Source of the DNA: Massalongia carnosa
Lineage: Eukaryota
Length of the DNA stretch: 64,000 bases
Assembly: GCA_965645245.1 (NCBI GenBank)
Contig: OZ287081.1
Coordinates: 496,001 to 560,000 of the forward strand
Direction of reading: 5' to 3'
Shown here piece after piece: positions 61,215 through 64,000 of the stretch. The notes beneath the pieces were generated by a model that was not told where the DNA came from, did no database searches, and was given only the letters and a program-made list of their open reading frames with translations. Every line of letters starts with the position of its first letter. Positions within the stretch are counted from its first letter, which is position 1. The position numbers and the translations under genes are program-made.

Positions 61215-62944
61215 ATGTCTGCGGCGTCCACCAGCCGGATTTGGGAATCCACCAACGAACCAACGACTAGTAACCGTCCCTCGGCCGCAGGGAAGCTACC
61301 AGGTATCGCAGCCTTAACTCATGCTCTTTCTGCCGGAGCCAATGGCCTTGCAGGCTCTCCTACCTATCCGATGGGGAATCGCGACCGAGACTCAGACCAG
61401 TGGCCCAGTCAACCTCAAAGTGCTCGTAAGCAATCTACATCCTTTCCAGTTCATCTTCACTGTCAACAATATTTCTATTCTATCACGCTGTCCAGATCTC
61501 GATCGACTATCGTGATCACTGACCTTGAATGTAGGATCGTCAGCCTACTCGTCTGGTCCAAACGGATATTACTACTCGTCATCCATCAATTCGCCCCACC
61601 GTGCCTCCAATTCGAGCCAGCTTGGGGCTACGTCACATCCATCTGATTTCCCCAACCCCCCTAGCTCAAATGGACCCCAACCTTCTCCAGGATTTGCTCC
61701 ACCGCAGCCGAACCTGGGTCTGCCAGCATTGAATCAGTATCATGATGGTTCTCAGTATCGTGGCAGCCACGAATTCCCCCCTCAAGAATCTCGGCGTAGC
61801 AGTCTTGGGAGCCAAGTCAACACGGGATTCAACAACCTACAGATCAATGGCACAGTCTCGCCCTACAACAGCACCAACGCATCTCAGAGTTCCATTGCCA
61901 TTAGTCTTCAGCGCGAGCGCGGTATAGGGTCGAACGCGAGCGGTGTTCGTAGCTCTCGTACATCCGCGTCAATGCAGCATACCTCACCACTGAGTCCATT
62001 CCCGGGCGAGTCTCGTCAAGCGTACACATTCCGCACTGCTCCCATAATTAGCGCGAATCCTGAGAAAGAGGTCTACAATGCCGAAAAGCCGACGGCAGGC
62101 CAACCTTATGCTTTTCCAGACCCGGAAATGTCAACTCGATCTAGCGGCAGCGGTGACGATCCCCGTTCAACATCTACTATGCTCTCGCGCCGAGGCAGTG
62201 ACCATACATCCATCACCAGTAGTATTTTTACGAGTGACTCGCGTTTACCTCCCGGGCAACATCGGTTGGATGATGGTAAGCAGTGCCACGCTCGTAGCAT
62301 CCATGGAGATCATACTGAGGTTCTGTGATTGCAGAGGTTTCGGGCACACATCACCATTCGCTTCAGCACAAACAGGTTGGAAGCCTTGCTGGTGAATCCG
62401 ATTCTCCCGATGCGGCATCTCCATACAGCCGGACGCCTGCTCTCCGGGCTAGCCATAAGATGGCCGAGCGGAAGCGCCGGACAGAGATGAAGTTTCTCTT
62501 TGATGGCCTTCGAGCGCAGATACCTGCTAACCAAGGAAGCAAGTCAAGCAAATGGGAAATTCTATCCAAAGGTAAAAACTTTCCACGATTTCTTGGCATC
62601 TGCTAACCGACGCAGCTTCGGATTACATCAAGAGCCTCGAAGTAACCGTCAAATCTGCAGCTGACGCCCAGGCCAAACTGAATCATGTCGCTATGGAGCT
62701 AGAGTGCACCAAACGCGAGAACGATAGCCTTCGGAGTGAGAACCGCCGACTTTTCCAGGAAATGGAACACTATCGGGAGTCAGGACGTCAACAAATAGCA
62801 CCTGCTCATCCACCACCCCCTCAGTACGCCGCTCCATCTATTCCGACAATGCCCGACCCATCTCGCTCCTTGCCTCCGCTAATGAACGGTGCTCCCGCGG
62901 CGACATCTATGCAAGGCGTTCAATATTCGGAATCACGCCATTGA
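61215..62944 (+). CDS. bHLH transcription factor, Esc1-like
   Basis: SHKMAERKRRTEMKFLFDGLRAQIP...KSSKWEILSK|ASDYIKSLE followed by a coiled coil. Introns at 61426-61534, 62276-62334 and 62572-62615. Confidence 0.92.
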
Positions 62945-64000
62945 AAGCCCTTTCGTTCCTTTTGCGCGGGGGTCTAAGCGTCTTTCTTGGTCTGCTTGTT
63001 CTCAACAGGATGAAACCAAATGATTTGTCTACGATCCATCTCAAGTATGTCGAAGTACCATGATCTGCGGAGTTGGATGGGCTGTGATAAAAGTGTTTTT
63101 CAATGTTCGCCCTCGCCCCAGCCAATCCGATCTCCTTCTGTCCAGAGCTGGGTGGATTCCAGCAAACTTTGACATGGGCATCCCATTGTCTCGGTATTGC
63201 GGCGCTAAGCCGCGTGGTGGCTAATGTCTCTATTCGCATGGCGTATACTCCGTGGCATCTGTACCTTTACGCTTGAAATACCCACCGACCCACGACGTCG
63301 TCGGCTTTGTCGGATTTTCTTTCCTTTCTATTCCTCTCCAACTTTTCGGCCATATCTCTCCGATGTTATCCCAGATTTCGCTGCGATGTGTAAGAGGTGT
63401 CTAGATGCCAAACGTACTGTATTATTCTGTCATGAATAGCGGTATATTAAGGCGGCTGGGGTGGGCCAGTGAAAGCGCAGAGATGTGGAGGGGATGGGTG
63501 CTGCTTTGCGCACCATCACAACATGCCCCTCAACGGAAGGGGCTGGCTTACGGCGCTGCTTCTTCCTTTCCCCTACCGCCCAGCTTGAGCTGTCAGAGGA
63601 ACAGCAGCTCTCCTTATTTTCCTTTGCAAGAAAAAACGGCACGGTTGAAGGTTTCTTGTAACTGCTTTAGGCTATCTTCTCTGCCCGGGCTTTCATGGGA
63701 GCGAATTATTTGTCCAGATCCACTGTATGTAGCCGGAAAAACTCATAGAAAAATGACGATACCTTTTGCAATTTGGTCATGTTATCTATCGGGGCGATGG
63801 TTGGCGACGAATAGGAATTTCGCTTGAACCAAAAACAAGACCTACTACCGCCCGACACACGGAGCGCATAATGACTGAACATCAAGGGAGGGGCAGTCAC
63901 AGTTAGCAAGTTCATAAGCCAACTCAGATCATCGGTCCGACTATATTCCGCCCTACACGAATGCTTCACCGCTCTCTTTTCCATCGCTTTCCATCACTTT

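Overview
This is eukaryotic DNA from a filamentous ascomycete (Pezizomycotina-type GT-AG introns with CTRAY branch points; the species cannot be determined from the sequence). The first 11.6 kb is a transposon nest. It holds a 5'-truncated, intron-containing piggyBac transposase and a full-length Tad1-like LINE (15-bp TSD, (CAT)n tail). The gag gene of that LINE is split by a second, antisense, 5'-truncated LINE with its own 12-bp TSD. A third, decayed LINE lies at 46-48 kb, and a TA-flanked MITE at about 31 kb. All three LINEs share a roughly 36-nt 3'-terminal motif that folds into a hairpin with compensatory changes. Core genes are a SAM-methyltransferase-domain protein, RPE1, an SH3BGR/glutaredoxin-like protein, LSM2, PSO2/SNM1, a KHA1-like K+/H+ antiporter, a Zn2Cys6 factor, a Ser-rich protein, a Rad53/Chk2-like kinase and an Esc1-like bHLH factor. 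Three secreted-protein loci are missed or fragmented by the ORF track: a decayed CBM14 (Avr4-like) gene, a frameshifted gene with a spliced hydrophobin-type 8-Cys domain, and an intact Kex2-type precursor. All exon models were made by hand and are unverified by RNA data.
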